NCBI GenBank assembly: GCA_963754875.1
Contig: CAVWHO010000004.1
Span: 1 to 64,000, forward strand
Direction: 5' to 3'
Source of the DNA: Nitrospirota bacterium
Lineage (GTDB): Bacteria > Nitrospirota > UBA9217
Length of the DNA: 64,000 bases
A model generated the notes under the pieces. It was not told where the DNA came from, searched no databases, and was given only the letters and a program-made list of their open reading frames with translations. A program made the position numbers and the translations under genes. Below, in pieces: positions 30,601-39,693 of the stretch; position 1 is the first letter of the stretch, and each line of letters opens with the position of its first letter.

Positions 30601-31752
30601 CTACATCATCTCCACCATTTTCCGGAAGTGTCGGCAGTTCTCAATAAGGTCCGGACCATGTTTGAACAGCCCGCCGCCGATCAGGAAGATCAGGTCCTGG
30701 CCGTAGGTGTCGAGCATCTCCGGCACCTTATCCAGGCTCATTCCGCCTCCCGGTGCCGGGAAGATCGCTTTCAGGTGGCCCATGTGCTCAGTCGTCCCCC
30801 TGGCGATTTCCTTGCATTCTGAGCAACTGAACGAAAACCGTCCTCCGAAATTCGGGAAAATGGTTGCATCTGCGCCGGCAAGGCGTGCGAGCTGGCCGAA
30901 GAGGACGCCGTGGGAAATGCCGTTGCGGCTTGTCACAAAACTCCCCTGCAAAGCTGGGTGCGTCAGGATCGGCAGCCCGATCGATTCGTCGTCAGCCAGT
31001 TCCCGCATCAAGTCCATGCCGATCAATCCGGGCGCCGCCATCAGTCCGCCTGCTCCCACGTTTTTTGCAAACAGTGCTCTCTTGATCACCTCAGCATTCG
31101 GCGCAGTGATATTCGCAATAAAGATCGCACGTCCGCCTGTTTCCTTATTCGCTTTCCGGACCGCTTCTGCGCATCGTTTGACCCGTTCCTCAAACGGAGA
31201 GCAGCACTGGTCCGTGAGGCCGTGGTCGTCCTTGATCATATCCATGCCGCCTAATGCGAATTGGTACGCGAGGTCTGCAAGCTCCTTGCACGACAACCCC
31301 ATAGGCTTAATGGCAGTAGAGAGGAGCGGGCGTTTCGGAGCATTGAGCAGTTGTCGCAACCCTTCCCTGCCGAAACGAGGGCCTTTGAAATGCTTGAGCA
31401 ATGACTCCGGAAGGTCAAGATGTTCCACGCGGATGCCGGGCTTGATACTGCTGTTCCCGAAGACGACGTTCAGAAATTGCGTCAGTTCCCCTGCTGCGAT
31501 CTCGACGGCATAGCTGATAATTGCTTTGAAACTTTCCTGATCAATCCGTTCGAACAGTTCGATCCGTCCGAAGACATGGTCCCTGATGATCCCTTCCGGC
31601 ACCTCGTCTGCAGGGAACTCCACGGTCTGTTCGATGCAGATATCGTCAGCCTTGTTGCGTGCTTCTTTCTCGGTACCGAAGAGACGGTAGGTAACGGTGA
31701 AACGGTCTCCGGAAAAGAGGGATTCGGGCGTGCAGGTTTTTTGGATGATCAT
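30601..31752 (-). CDS. RuBisCO-like protein (form IV, KDDH type)
   Basis: EQTVE, FGNSS, GPRFG, KPMGL, IKDDHGL, PGGG, IGGG; about 383 aa; no small subunit or PRK nearby; start uncertain. Confidence 0.92.
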   Translation of the reverse strand: MIIQKTCTPESLFSGDRFTVTYRLFGTEKEARNKADDICIEQTVEFPADEVPEGIIRDHVFGRIELFERIDQESFKAIISYAVEIAAGELTQFLNVVFGNSSIKPGIRVEHLDLPESLLKHFKGPRFGREGLRQLLNAPKRPLLSTAIKPMGLSCKELADLAYQFALGGMDMIKDDHGLTDQCCSPFEERVKRCAEAVRKANKETGGRAIFIANITAPNAEVIKRALFAKNVGAGGLMAAPGLIGMDLMRELADDESIGLPILTHPALQGSFVTSRNGISHGVLFGQLARLAGADATIFPNFGGRFSFSCSECKEIARGTTEHMGHLKAIFPAPGGGMSLDKVPEMLDTYGQDLIFLIGGGLFKHGPDLIENCRHFRKMVEMM

Positions 31753-31811
31753 GGAAAAGCTTTCACCTTGCGGATGGCGATTATTCCTCAACGTTGCTTT
31801 TTTGGCTTCGC

Positions 31812-31900
31812 TGGTTCAATCATTTTGATTGAACCAACCGTTACCGAACGCTGTATCGCCAATCATGTTTATGTATGGTTCAATCTACAAGATTGAACCA
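31812..31900. repeat. Two copies of a 25-bp palindrome TGGTTCAATC-N5-GATTGAACCA
   Basis: 31812-31836 and 31876-31900, each with perfect 11-bp arms, offset by 64 bp. Confidence 0.9.
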
Positions 31901-31911
31901 GCCAAGAAACA

Positions 31912-32940
31912 CTACTTCGATTTAAATTCCTTCAGCCTTGTACACTCGACAAGCATATCCAGATTCTGCAGCGTAAAGACCTTCCCACGGGTAGCCAGAA
32001 GCATTTTTTTCATATCCTCACGCCGGACCCCGAACCCTCGGCCCGCGATACAGGCAATGACCTCGTATTTCGGCTTTCCTTTCGGCTGGTCTGCCATGCT
32101 CAACTCGCCCAAATGCTGGATACGCGTAACTTTATCTCGCGCTGTTCCGTCATCTTCGGTGATCTTCGCTTCGATTATGACTTGCGGGTTGAACTCGCTC
32201 GGGATGATGAAGTCCGGGGATTGATCAAAGCCCTGAATTTTCTCGGCCCGTTTAGTTTTCCTGGCCGTAATGCCTGCCTTGTGCAAAACGTTCTCGATCG
32301 CCGATTCGAGAATGTCGCCTATCAATTCGCTCACTGAATCGCGATGCCCGGCAAAAGGTCTGCCGAGGAACCGCTCATACAGAAGCATGGCATAGGGCGT
32401 CCCCAACTCCGCCATGGCCCTGATGCTGTCCAAACCCGCCCTGGTGTCCGCCTTGTCAAGCCGATGAAGCCTGTCCGGGCTCGTGGAGGGAATGCCTGTT
32501 GAGAGCAATGCGCACGCTACGTTCACCAATGCGTTTAGTCTCTCCGCTGTCGCACCTTTGGCCTTGAGCGGCGCGAGAGGTGCCACCCGGACTTTTCTGT
32601 CCAAGGTGCGGACGAAATTCTGGGGCACGTCGATTTTCGCATGTTGCGCGGCCACATAAGCCCACTCCGGCGGGGTAAAGCCGAGCATAGTACGAATGAC
32701 AATCAGGGATATGGGATTCGAGAGCACACAGCCCTGCACCGTCGCGGGCGTGAAGTTTCGGAACCCGGCTGTGGCCTGCTTGAGTGCCTCATAGCCTTGT
32801 TCAAACACCGGATAATCGATGAACCCCGCGCCCTTGGGCATGGTAAGGAATTCAGATTCCAGTCCGGTGAACACTGCTGTTACGTACTGATCCAGGTCTG
32901 CCTGCACTTCCTCAAAGGGAACTTCAAAAGGAAATTTCAT
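31912..32940 (-). CDS. Putative type II restriction endonuclease (PD-(D/E)xK)
   Basis: PDFIIP...IIEAK...RDK motif; overlaps the end of the methyltransferase gene. Confidence 0.72.
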   Translation of the reverse strand: MKFPFEVPFEEVQADLDQYVTAVFTGLESEFLTMPKGAGFIDYPVFEQGYEALKQATAGFRNFTPATVQGCVLSNPISLIVIRTMLGFTPPEWAYVAAQHAKIDVPQNFVRTLDRKVRVAPLAPLKAKGATAERLNALVNVACALLSTGIPSTSPDRLHRLDKADTRAGLDSIRAMAELGTPYAMLLYERFLGRPFAGHRDSVSELIGDILESAIENVLHKAGITARKTKRAEKIQGFDQSPDFIIPSEFNPQVIIEAKITEDDGTARDKVTRIQHLGELSMADQPKGKPKYEVIACIAGRGFGVRREDMKKMLLATRGKVFTLQNLDMLVECTRLKEFKSK

Positions 32941-35128
32941 CGATAGTCGCTCCGTAGGTTCGGCTTTCTTCTTTTACTGCGGAAGTTCGCACTAGTGCCG
33001 GCTTCATCATGCCCTCGTTTAAAGACTCTTCAACTGATGACAATCCCCCAAAATCATGGATCTTCGCTGCAATTGCCGCTGTTTTTTCTTTTGTTGGCTT
33101 CGTCTTGTCCCATCCGTGGCGCAGGTCCCAGACAGCAAGCCTGATAAGATGTCCGTAGATGATGCACCTGACATCGCCGCGTGTTTCCTTGAGACCCGCT
33201 TGCTGCAGCTTTTCGATATCGTCTCTCACTAGATTGGCAAGGGCGCTTGAGGTCTTTGCGAGCCATGAGGCAGGCACCGCGCCTGTGCTCCGGCAAACAA
33301 AGACCGTATCCACAATAGATGATCCTGTACCGCTGATATGGATCGATGCCCCCATCTCAGCCGGGCACGGCAGGGATGCGGAACAGACCAGACCGGAATC
33401 GAGCATGGCAATAGCAATCGGATAGTAGGCTTCGAGGGTGTTGTGATGATAGGTAAACGCCAGGGGGTGGCCGGGCTTTAAGGCCCGGGCCATTTTTTGG
33501 AACACGACAGACAGCCCCTCGGTAAAATGATCGAGCCCCCGCTCCATGTTAACGTTTCCTGTAAGTTCCTGATTGGCTCGTGTCGTGTGATGTTTAAACG
33601 CTGGATCGTCAATGAGCTTTCGTAGCCATACATAGCAGAAATCCATCAGTTCAGCATACTGCACGTTCCCGTAATAAGGCGGATCGGTAAAGACTGCGTC
33701 CACTGATCCAGGTTGAAGGTCCGCCTCCATAGAGCTTTGGCTATGAAGCCACACCTGGCGTGTGACCGGCGAAGAAGCCCCGTTTAGCCGATCCCCAATC
33801 CATTCATCTGGAATAGACACCAGGATCTTGCGGCCTTGTTCGTGCCGTATCTCAAAAGGCGCATCGCAATATGCTTTGGCCTTATAATATTTGTCGATGA
33901 TATTGCCCCATCCGCCGCTCCCAACGTTCACCCCGCAGCCGTTTACGATCCCAAGAATGTTCGACTCGCACTGCACAAGCCCGACCGGAAAACCGTGCAC
34001 GGAAAAGATATCGAGCGACTTAAGCGCCATTGAATCATACCTGCAGAGCATGTTCTGATACCGAAGCAAGTCCGAAAGATTGGTCGCAAGTGCATTACGC
34101 ACGCGTTCGTTTTTGACGTTAGAAATGGCTCGGCAGCTTAGCTCCAGTCCGAGAAGCTGGCGAGCATTGAACATCTCACTATATTTCTCATAACCCCATC
34201 GATGGAGCCTTGCTGTCTCGTCGCCGCCTAATATTACATCATCCGGAACAAATGCGGTCTCCACGCTGCTTAATCTGGTTGAGGCCTCCGTATATTTAGC
34301 CAAGTCTGTTCGTGACGGTTTTTTAAAGAACCTTCCCTTATGTCGTGATTTGCATTTTTTACAGTGATATTCCATAGCATACATCCGATGAATAGGTGGA
34401 TGCTCCGGTTTGAAAGAGTACGAGTTTGCCTTGCCGCAGTGTTTGCATTCGTATTTGCTTCTCTTTGCCGGTCCATCGATGATGATACGTTCGCCGCAGG
34501 ACTTGCATTTGCCCGGCTTGGCCCGGTCCTTTGCGCCGTGCAACTCTCCGCAAGATGCGCACACATATACGTTCTCCGTATGCCTTCTGTCTTCCGCAAG
34601 AAGATAACCGGGGAAAAGATCATTCAACTTGCTACAGCTAGTGCAAGTATGTTGTTTTACCCAAAGGAAATACTTGACATCTGCATTTCGTGCCCCGCAC
34701 TCAAGGCAGGTCGTTTTGTAATAGCTTCCAACCTCTTGCTCCAATCCCTTGATGAGCTCATCAGCCGCCTTGCGATAGGCCTTTAAGTCCAGGTGTTCTA
34801 TTTCCTGACGCACGATCCAGTACGCCATGGGGTTGATGTCATATCCGATCACATCACAACCAAGTCGGTTCGCTTCAAGGAGAGGCGTGCCGCCGCCCAT
34901 GAAAGGATCGAGAATAGTTAGACCGGAAAGATTGTTGGAGGAATAGAACGTATCCCGAAGAGGTTTGTCTACGAATTCGGAAAGAATCAACCCGCGAAAC
35001 AGCGTCCCCGGCCGCCGTGCAAACCACTTGTGAACCGCGATGATAGGTCGGTAGTTTTGCTGTATCTGCTTCTCGCGTAGAGCCAGGGATGAGATAAATG
35101 GGATGTCGAATTTTTTTTCGATGGACAT
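32924..35128 (-). CDS. Amino-DNA methyltransferase with zinc-ribbon insert (DUF1156-like)
   Basis: HKWFARR, LDPFMGGG (motif I), FTDPPYY (motif IV), six CxxC pairs; start placed at MSIEK. Confidence 0.9.
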   Translation of the reverse strand: MSIEKKFDIPFISSLALREKQIQQNYRPIIAVHKWFARRPGTLFRGLILSEFVDKPLRDTFYSSNNLSGLTILDPFMGGGTPLLEANRLGCDVIGYDINPMAYWIVRQEIEHLDLKAYRKAADELIKGLEQEVGSYYKTTCLECGARNADVKYFLWVKQHTCTSCSKLNDLFPGYLLAEDRRHTENVYVCASCGELHGAKDRAKPGKCKSCGERIIIDGPAKRSKYECKHCGKANSYSFKPEHPPIHRMYAMEYHCKKCKSRHKGRFFKKPSRTDLAKYTEASTRLSSVETAFVPDDVILGGDETARLHRWGYEKYSEMFNARQLLGLELSCRAISNVKNERVRNALATNLSDLLRYQNMLCRYDSMALKSLDIFSVHGFPVGLVQCESNILGIVNGCGVNVGSGGWGNIIDKYYKAKAYCDAPFEIRHEQGRKILVSIPDEWIGDRLNGASSPVTRQVWLHSQSSMEADLQPGSVDAVFTDPPYYGNVQYAELMDFCYVWLRKLIDDPAFKHHTTRANQELTGNVNMERGLDHFTEGLSVVFQKMARALKPGHPLAFTYHHNTLEAYYPIAIAMLDSGLVCSASLPCPAEMGASIHISGTGSSIVDTVFVCRSTGAVPASWLAKTSSALANLVRDDIEKLQQAGLKETRGDVRCIIYGHLIRLAVWDLRHGWDKTKPTKEKTAAIAAKIHDFGGLSSVEESLNEGMMKPALVRTSAVKEESRTYGATIDEISF

Positions 35129-35285
35129 TGTGCCTTCTAGAATCGCGCGTTTAAAAGATACATCCAACAACAACTTGAGCTTGCGAAGGAAAACTTTCAA
35201 AACAACCTGCGGAGACATCCAATCCAGGCATCTTCCCGGTAAAACAAGTAGCGCAATGGTTTTCTAGCATTCTATCGAATATTAG

Positions 35286-35906
35286 CTATGGTTTAGGGGG
35301 CAGGACAATCGCAGATTGAATTGCTTCACATACCTGCTCAATAAAGGTTATCGTGTTTTCAACATCTTGAAGGGAAATCGGCCAACGGCTACCGGGATAA
35401 CTTGGATCCACGTCTGCTTCGTGAGCTATTTTATTTCTTCGTTCCACAATGAGTCTCAAGCGGGTTTTTACATCTTCTACTGATATTTTTAGCTGGGCTG
35501 CCACCGAAGGCCATAGTTCACAAGATGAAAAGTGTCTAACGGCATCTGCTATTTTGTCGGGGTGCTGAAATGCGAGATATCCGTGCTTCTCTCTAATTTC
35601 ATCTTCAAGCCACGATGCCCCTCCTTTGCCAGAAGAAATACCCAATAACGCTGCGTCCATGGTAACTTGAAAACGACGAAAAGCACCAGTTGCCGGTCTG
35701 GCACCGCTAAGAACTTCAAGCATACCAAGTCGTGTAATCTCATGCACATAATGATCTAGTGCACTGACGGCGAGGACTATTTGTGCTCGCAGTATATCTG
35801 AAGTATCGACGATGGGGGTTGTCAGACGAGAAAGTGCCGCATACAGTCCACCTAATGCCCGAACGCGTTCAGCGTTAGCTTTAAAGTGTTTAATCGCATT
35901 ATGCAT
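35286..35906 (-). CDS. HEPN-domain putative RNase (RiboL-PSP-HEPN-like)
   Basis: DILRAQIVLAVSALDHYVHE helix and RNKIAH (Rx4H) motif. Confidence 0.82.
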   Translation of the reverse strand: MHNAIKHFKANAERVRALGGLYAALSRLTTPIVDTSDILRAQIVLAVSALDHYVHEITRLGMLEVLSGARPATGAFRRFQVTMDAALLGISSGKGGASWLEDEIREKHGYLAFQHPDKIADAVRHFSSCELWPSVAAQLKISVEDVKTRLRLIVERRNKIAHEADVDPSYPGSRWPISLQDVENTITFIEQVCEAIQSAIVLPPKP

Positions 35907-36969
35907 TATTAATTATTTTTAAAATACGGTCAGCGCCACCTGAATACAGCTCTTGAAACTGATGCATAGATTTTTTTGTTCTCTCCAATACAACACCGGT
36001 CTGTTCGAGCTGCTTATCTGACAAATTAAAAATTGGTGATTTATGTTTCTGCGACAACGCAATTAGGCTATTGAAATCAGATAGCTGCAACAAGGGTTTA
36101 CTTGGCTTTACTCCTGCTGTTGTATAAGTTTCGCTTGGTAGCATTAATCCATTATCCGTAAGCATTGGCATTAATCTTGTAGAAATCGCAGCCTCTATTT
36201 CATCTATCCATTTTTGAAATGCCGCTGACGGTGTTCTCCCTTCACGAAGACGATACTTCTGGATAATGGTGCCTAAAAATTTGGGGGTTTTGTCAGGAAA
36301 AGGATAAGTAGCTTTCTGAAGAATAGACATCTTTTTTGCTTTTTTTGCCCAAGCGACCCACTTCGGCAAAACAGCAGTTAAACTATCTATTGCCATAACA
36401 GAAAAATAATCTGGCGCCATTGGGACAATGAAGTAATCGCTTGTCATCAGAAGGTTCTGATTAATCGCCCCGAGACTCGGACTCATATCTACAAGAAGGA
36501 TGTCGGCTTTATACTTCTTTGCTGTAATCTCAAAAAGGTGTCGGAGAGAACCTGGCAAGTTTTGTAGTGTTACTAAAGAACCCGTAAGTTCCTGTGCAAT
36601 ACCTAATGTAACTTCATATTCGGCAAGACCAATGTGCCCGGGCAGTAAAAACATTCTAGGCTGCCCCTTTACGGCTTCACATATCACAGGTTCTATTGCC
36701 GTGGGCCTCGACTCAAAAGCAGGAGCCAATCCATCACGGATGTTTCTGACTCCCTTGCCTTTATAAATTGCTTCAAACTCATCAGCTTTCTTAAATCCCA
36801 GAACCATGCCCGTTAGATTACACTGAGGATCACAGTCAACAATAATAACTTTTTTGCCCTTACTTGCTAACATCCATCCCAGGTTAAAAGTTGTTGTTGT
36901 CTTGCTTACGCCACCCTTGTGGTTAAACAGCGCAATCTGAGTTACCATACCTACCTCCATGGTCGTCAA
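35899..36969 (-). CDS. ParA/Soj-family ATPase, coupled to the HEPN gene
   Basis: NHKGGVSKTT deviant Walker A, DCDPQCNLT, VDMSPS; 8-nt overlap with HEPN; true start may be at MVTQI. Confidence 0.9.
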   Translation of the reverse strand: MTTMEVGMVTQIALFNHKGGVSKTTTTFNLGWMLASKGKKVIIVDCDPQCNLTGMVLGFKKADEFEAIYKGKGVRNIRDGLAPAFESRPTAIEPVICEAVKGQPRMFLLPGHIGLAEYEVTLGIAQELTGSLVTLQNLPGSLRHLFEITAKKYKADILLVDMSPSLGAINQNLLMTSDYFIVPMAPDYFSVMAIDSLTAVLPKWVAWAKKAKKMSILQKATYPFPDKTPKFLGTIIQKYRLREGRTPSAAFQKWIDEIEAAISTRLMPMLTDNGLMLPSETYTTAGVKPSKPLLQLSDFNSLIALSQKHKSPIFNLSDKQLEQTGVVLERTKKSMHQFQELYSGGADRILKIINNA

Positions 36970-37076
36970 ATGAGTGATGAACTTTGGTGACGTTGTTTCT
37001 AATTATGCTTTTCGCTTCCCGGCATCAATGCTTTCAAATCTTGGGAAAGACAATTTTTCTTTCGTGGGTTCTGACC

Positions 37077-37250
37077 GATTATAGTACCCAGTCTGTTTTT
37101 GTCAAGCGATTCGGTGGGTTAGAAAAAGACAGTGAAAGAGGTTCAAAGTTAGTGTTCAGAGTGCAGAAAGCTCAAAAAATACGAGACGAACGCCATGCGC
37201 AATTCGGATTGGACGAATGCGGAATGTTGCTACGAAGGGGACGTCGTGGC
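37077..37250 (-). repeat. Promoter-bearing intergenic repeat, copy 1
   Basis: Minus strand TTGACA-16-TATAAT; shares GTTCARAGTGCAGRAAGCTCAAA, ATGCGGAAT and CGAAGGGGACGT blocks with copy 2. Confidence 0.75.
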
Positions 37251-37266
37251 GGGAGGTATCCCCCTC

Positions 37267-37554
37267 TTATGGTTCTTTAACCATATATCCCCGTTTGTGC
37301 CCTTCGGTGTCTAATCGATGCGCGGTAAGGTCCGCGGCAACGGTATCGATCTTCCCACCCAGATCCTCATTCATGCGATCCATTTTTTCGGCAATCATCT
37401 GATGCCCTTCCGCGACCAGTTGCAGCTTGTGTTGAAAATCTTCAGAGAGAATGCCCGTTTGAAGACGAAAATCGTTTTTTATCTCCTCTTTGAAATTTCC
37501 AATCATCTCTTCGATACGTTGAAAGTCTTTTTCTTCCATAATTGGCTTTTCCAT
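37267..37554 (-). CDS. Small coiled-coil hypothetical protein
   Basis: GGAGAGG RBS before MEKPIM; own consensus promoter; charged helical sequence. Confidence 0.7.
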   Translation of the reverse strand: MEKPIMEEKDFQRIEEMIGNFKEEIKNDFRLQTGILSEDFQHKLQLVAEGHQMIAEKMDRMNEDLGGKIDTVAADLTAHRLDTEGHKRGYMVKEP

Positions 37555-37573
37555 CCTCTCCAATATTCTTCAT

Positions 37574-37748
37574 GATTATAGTACAGTACCTGCTTTTGTC
37601 AAGGAGATTGAAGGCGCGAAAGGGTTAACTACAGTTCAAAGTGCAGGAAGCTCAAACGCGAGCAGGAAGTTATGCGGAATACTTCCTGATCAGGAACGAC
37701 TGAATGGTCGTTGTTGAGTGAGTACACCCCGAAGGGGACGTTGTTGCA
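37574..37748 (-). repeat. Promoter-bearing intergenic repeat, copy 2
   Basis: GATTATAGTAC...CTGCTTTTGTCAAG (TTGACA-16-TATAAT on minus) plus the blocks shared with copy 1. Confidence 0.75.
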
Positions 37749-37796
37749 CCCGTTGCGTCGGTGTTTTCCCATACTAACGGGGAACTGACAGCGGGT

Positions 37797-38180
37797 TCAT
37801 GGGACGAATTTCCGAATTTCCAAGCCGGATATTTTTTTAAAGTGTTTATGATTCGCGGTGGCGAGCGTGTCGTCTTCCCGCAGCGCTGTTGCCGCCACAA
37901 GCGCATCGATGGTCCTCAGTCCGTCCGCTGAGGCATGCCCTTCGAGCAGCGCAAGCGCCTTTTCAGAAACATATTCATCGGGGTGAATGACAGCCGCGAT
38001 GTTCGAGCGAATGAAGTTTTTCACCTCACGCAGCTCCTGCCGGTCCCGGCAGCCCTGCACCAGCTCCATAACGCAAAGAGAGCTCACCTGCCGGTCCCTG
38101 TAGGAAACGCCGGAGATGAACTCCCTTGCTTTTTGATTGCCCCGAAAATACCAGATCAGCACGTCGGTGTCGAAGATCAT
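37797..38180 (-). CDS. vapC: VapC PIN-domain toxin
   Basis: IFDTDVLI, ELVQG, DALVAATA, TANHKHF. Confidence 0.92.
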   Translation of the reverse strand: MIFDTDVLIWYFRGNQKAREFISGVSYRDRQVSSLCVMELVQGCRDRQELREVKNFIRSNIAAVIHPDEYVSEKALALLEGHASADGLRTIDALVAATALREDDTLATANHKHFKKISGLEIRKFVP

Positions 38181-38416
38181 CGCGGATACCGCTCTTTTCT
38201 CCGTTCATCGAGCCACTTCGTCACGTCCTTCATTTCCTTCCGGCCTTTCCATATGCCGAAGCCGACAGGATTGAACGGTTTGTCAGTATCGCTCATGGGT
38301 TTCATGACAGCGATGGATTTTCCCCGCATCGTGATGACTACCTCGTCACCCTTCCTGACGCGTTCTAGAATTGCCGACGCATGGGTGCGAAGCTCTTTTG
38401 CCGTCGCCGTCTTCAT
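38177..38416 (-). CDS. Phd/YefM-family antitoxin
   Basis: MKTATAKELR...EVVITMRGKSIA; AAGGAGG RBS; 4-nt overlap with vapC. Confidence 0.9.
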   Translation of the reverse strand: MKTATAKELRTHASAILERVRKGDEVVITMRGKSIAVMKPMSDTDKPFNPVGFGIWKGRKEMKDVTKWLDERRKERYPR

Positions 38417-38428
38417 GGCAGCCTCCTT

Positions 38429-38471
38429 AGTGTACACTTTGAAGTATATACTTTAAGGCTGCGCCGGTCAA
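38429..38471 (-). promoter_or_regulatory. TA promoter with palindromic operators
   Basis: Minus strand TTGACC-17-TATACT; palindromes AAGTATATACTT and AGTGTACACT. Confidence 0.7.
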
Positions 38472-38520
38472 GGCCTTTTTCGAAGCAACCCGGCAAGCGG
38501 GATAGCAAATGATTCCAAGC

Positions 38521-38568
38521 GATCATAGTATACGGCCTGTTTTTGTCAAGGAGTTTGAAGACGGCGCA
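38521..38568 (-). repeat. Promoter-bearing intergenic repeat, copy 3 (short)
   Basis: GATCATAGTAT...CCTGTTTTTGTCAAGGAGTTTGAAG (TTGACA-16-TATGAT on minus). Confidence 0.72.
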
Positions 38569-38623
38569 TAGCGCGTGGCGCCAAGGGGGAGGAGCTTTGC
38601 AGCCTGCAAGACGAGCGATCACA

Positions 38624-38850
38624 TTACAATTCGTTAAATTCCTCTACCGATATTTCAGCTTGTTTGAGAAGCTTTCGTAACAGCCCCGGACCGAGTTCAT
38701 CATGCTGTGGAACGGATAACGTCCACTGGTATATCCGGGTTTCGTCAACATGACGTGCGATCCTCTCTGTCTCATAACGGTCCAACCAGCTCGCTGAAGC
38801 TTTTTTACAGCCTCCAAGCCGGAAACCAGCTTGAGCTCGCGTCCCATCAA
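38624..38850 (-). CDS. hicA: HicA-family toxin, frameshift near 38730
   Basis: GWTVMRQRGSHVML; the other frame continues WTLSVPQHDELGPGLLRKLLKQAEISVEEF. Confidence 0.85.
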
Positions 38851-39071
38851 ACAGTTACTTCGATGAGATGAGAGGGCGGCGGGACAACCTTCGCTTCCAT
38901 TACCTCAAGCCATCCCTCAATTGCTTCCTTAATATTCGCAACCGCCTCGTCGTACGTTTTCCTCTGAGAAAGGCAACCTGGCAAGGCAGGGACTTCTGCT
39001 ACGTAATAGCCTGCTTCATCTTTTTCTATGGTAATGTGCAATTTCAACGGTTTGTCCTCCTGGTTAACCAC
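38847..39071 (-). CDS. hicB: HicB-family antitoxin (short form)
   Basis: YVAEVPALPGCLSQ.KT.DEA..NIKEAI; TTGAAA-17-TATAAT upstream (about 39089-39117). Confidence 0.9.
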   Translation of the reverse strand: MVNQEDKPLKLHITIEKDEAGYYVAEVPALPGCLSQRKTYDEAVANIKEAIEGWLEVMEAKVVPPPSHLIEVTV

Positions 39072-39159
39072 TCGTAATATTATTGCTAATTATACTGAGG
39101 TGATCTCCCGGTTTCAAGAGCTCATTCTTTCCCGAATTGAGATAATCAGCAGAACCCAG

Positions 39160-39636
39160 CTACACATCCTCCCCGCCGCTTTTTTTCACTTTCCCTTCCA
39201 ACTGTTTGTACTTGCGGAAAGCGACGGAAAGCGTGGATGATTCGGAGATCGCGCCTGCCACGAGGAGCGCATCCATGAGCTCTTCCAGCGACGCGCCCTC
39301 ATCCATTGCCCGGTGCAAGTGGGCTTCGAGACAATGGTCGCACCGCAGGGCCGCAGCAGCGCCGACGGCAACCAGCTCAGCCGTTTTTTTGTCCAGCGCG
39401 GAAGGCTCCTTGTAAATGGCCATGCCTTTGAACAGGAAGGGATTGAAGTTGCGCGGTCGCTCCTTCATCACTTTTAAAAGAAATCCCAATTCACCGTTCT
39501 TGCCTGTGTGCAATTCTGCCAAAGCCTCCGTGAGCTCTGCCTTGCCGAGCAGGGCCTTTGCCTCTCGCAGAAGATTCGTTCTGGTTTTATCTTTTAATGT
39601 AATGCCATTTTTCTTTTTCGTTTTTTTACTATGCAC
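39160..39636 (-). CDS. Carboxymuconolactone decarboxylase/AhpD-like protein
   Basis: LDKKTAELVAVGAAAALRCDHCLEAH...GASLEE. Confidence 0.85.
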   Translation of the reverse strand: MHSKKTKKKNGITLKDKTRTNLLREAKALLGKAELTEALAELHTGKNGELGFLLKVMKERPRNFNPFLFKGMAIYKEPSALDKKTAELVAVGAAAALRCDHCLEAHLHRAMDEGASLEELMDALLVAGAISESSTLSVAFRKYKQLEGKVKKSGGEDV

Positions 39637-39693
39637 TTTGAACTCCGTACTCTGAACACCCTGCTCTCGCGATAACGCGGGTGCAAGCTATTA

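Noticed and set aside
30601..31791. CO2-fixing RuBisCO
   Set aside because: KDDH instead of KDDE, short length, and no rbcS or prk in the window indicate a form IV RLP.
35899..36969. Plasmid or chromosome partitioning locus
   Set aside because: No parB, parS-like array or rep gene; the ATPase is coupled to a HEPN gene.
37077..38568. CRISPR array or classical integron
   Set aside because: The repeats are degenerate, hundreds of bp apart and separated by genes; no cas, intI or clear attC structure was seen.
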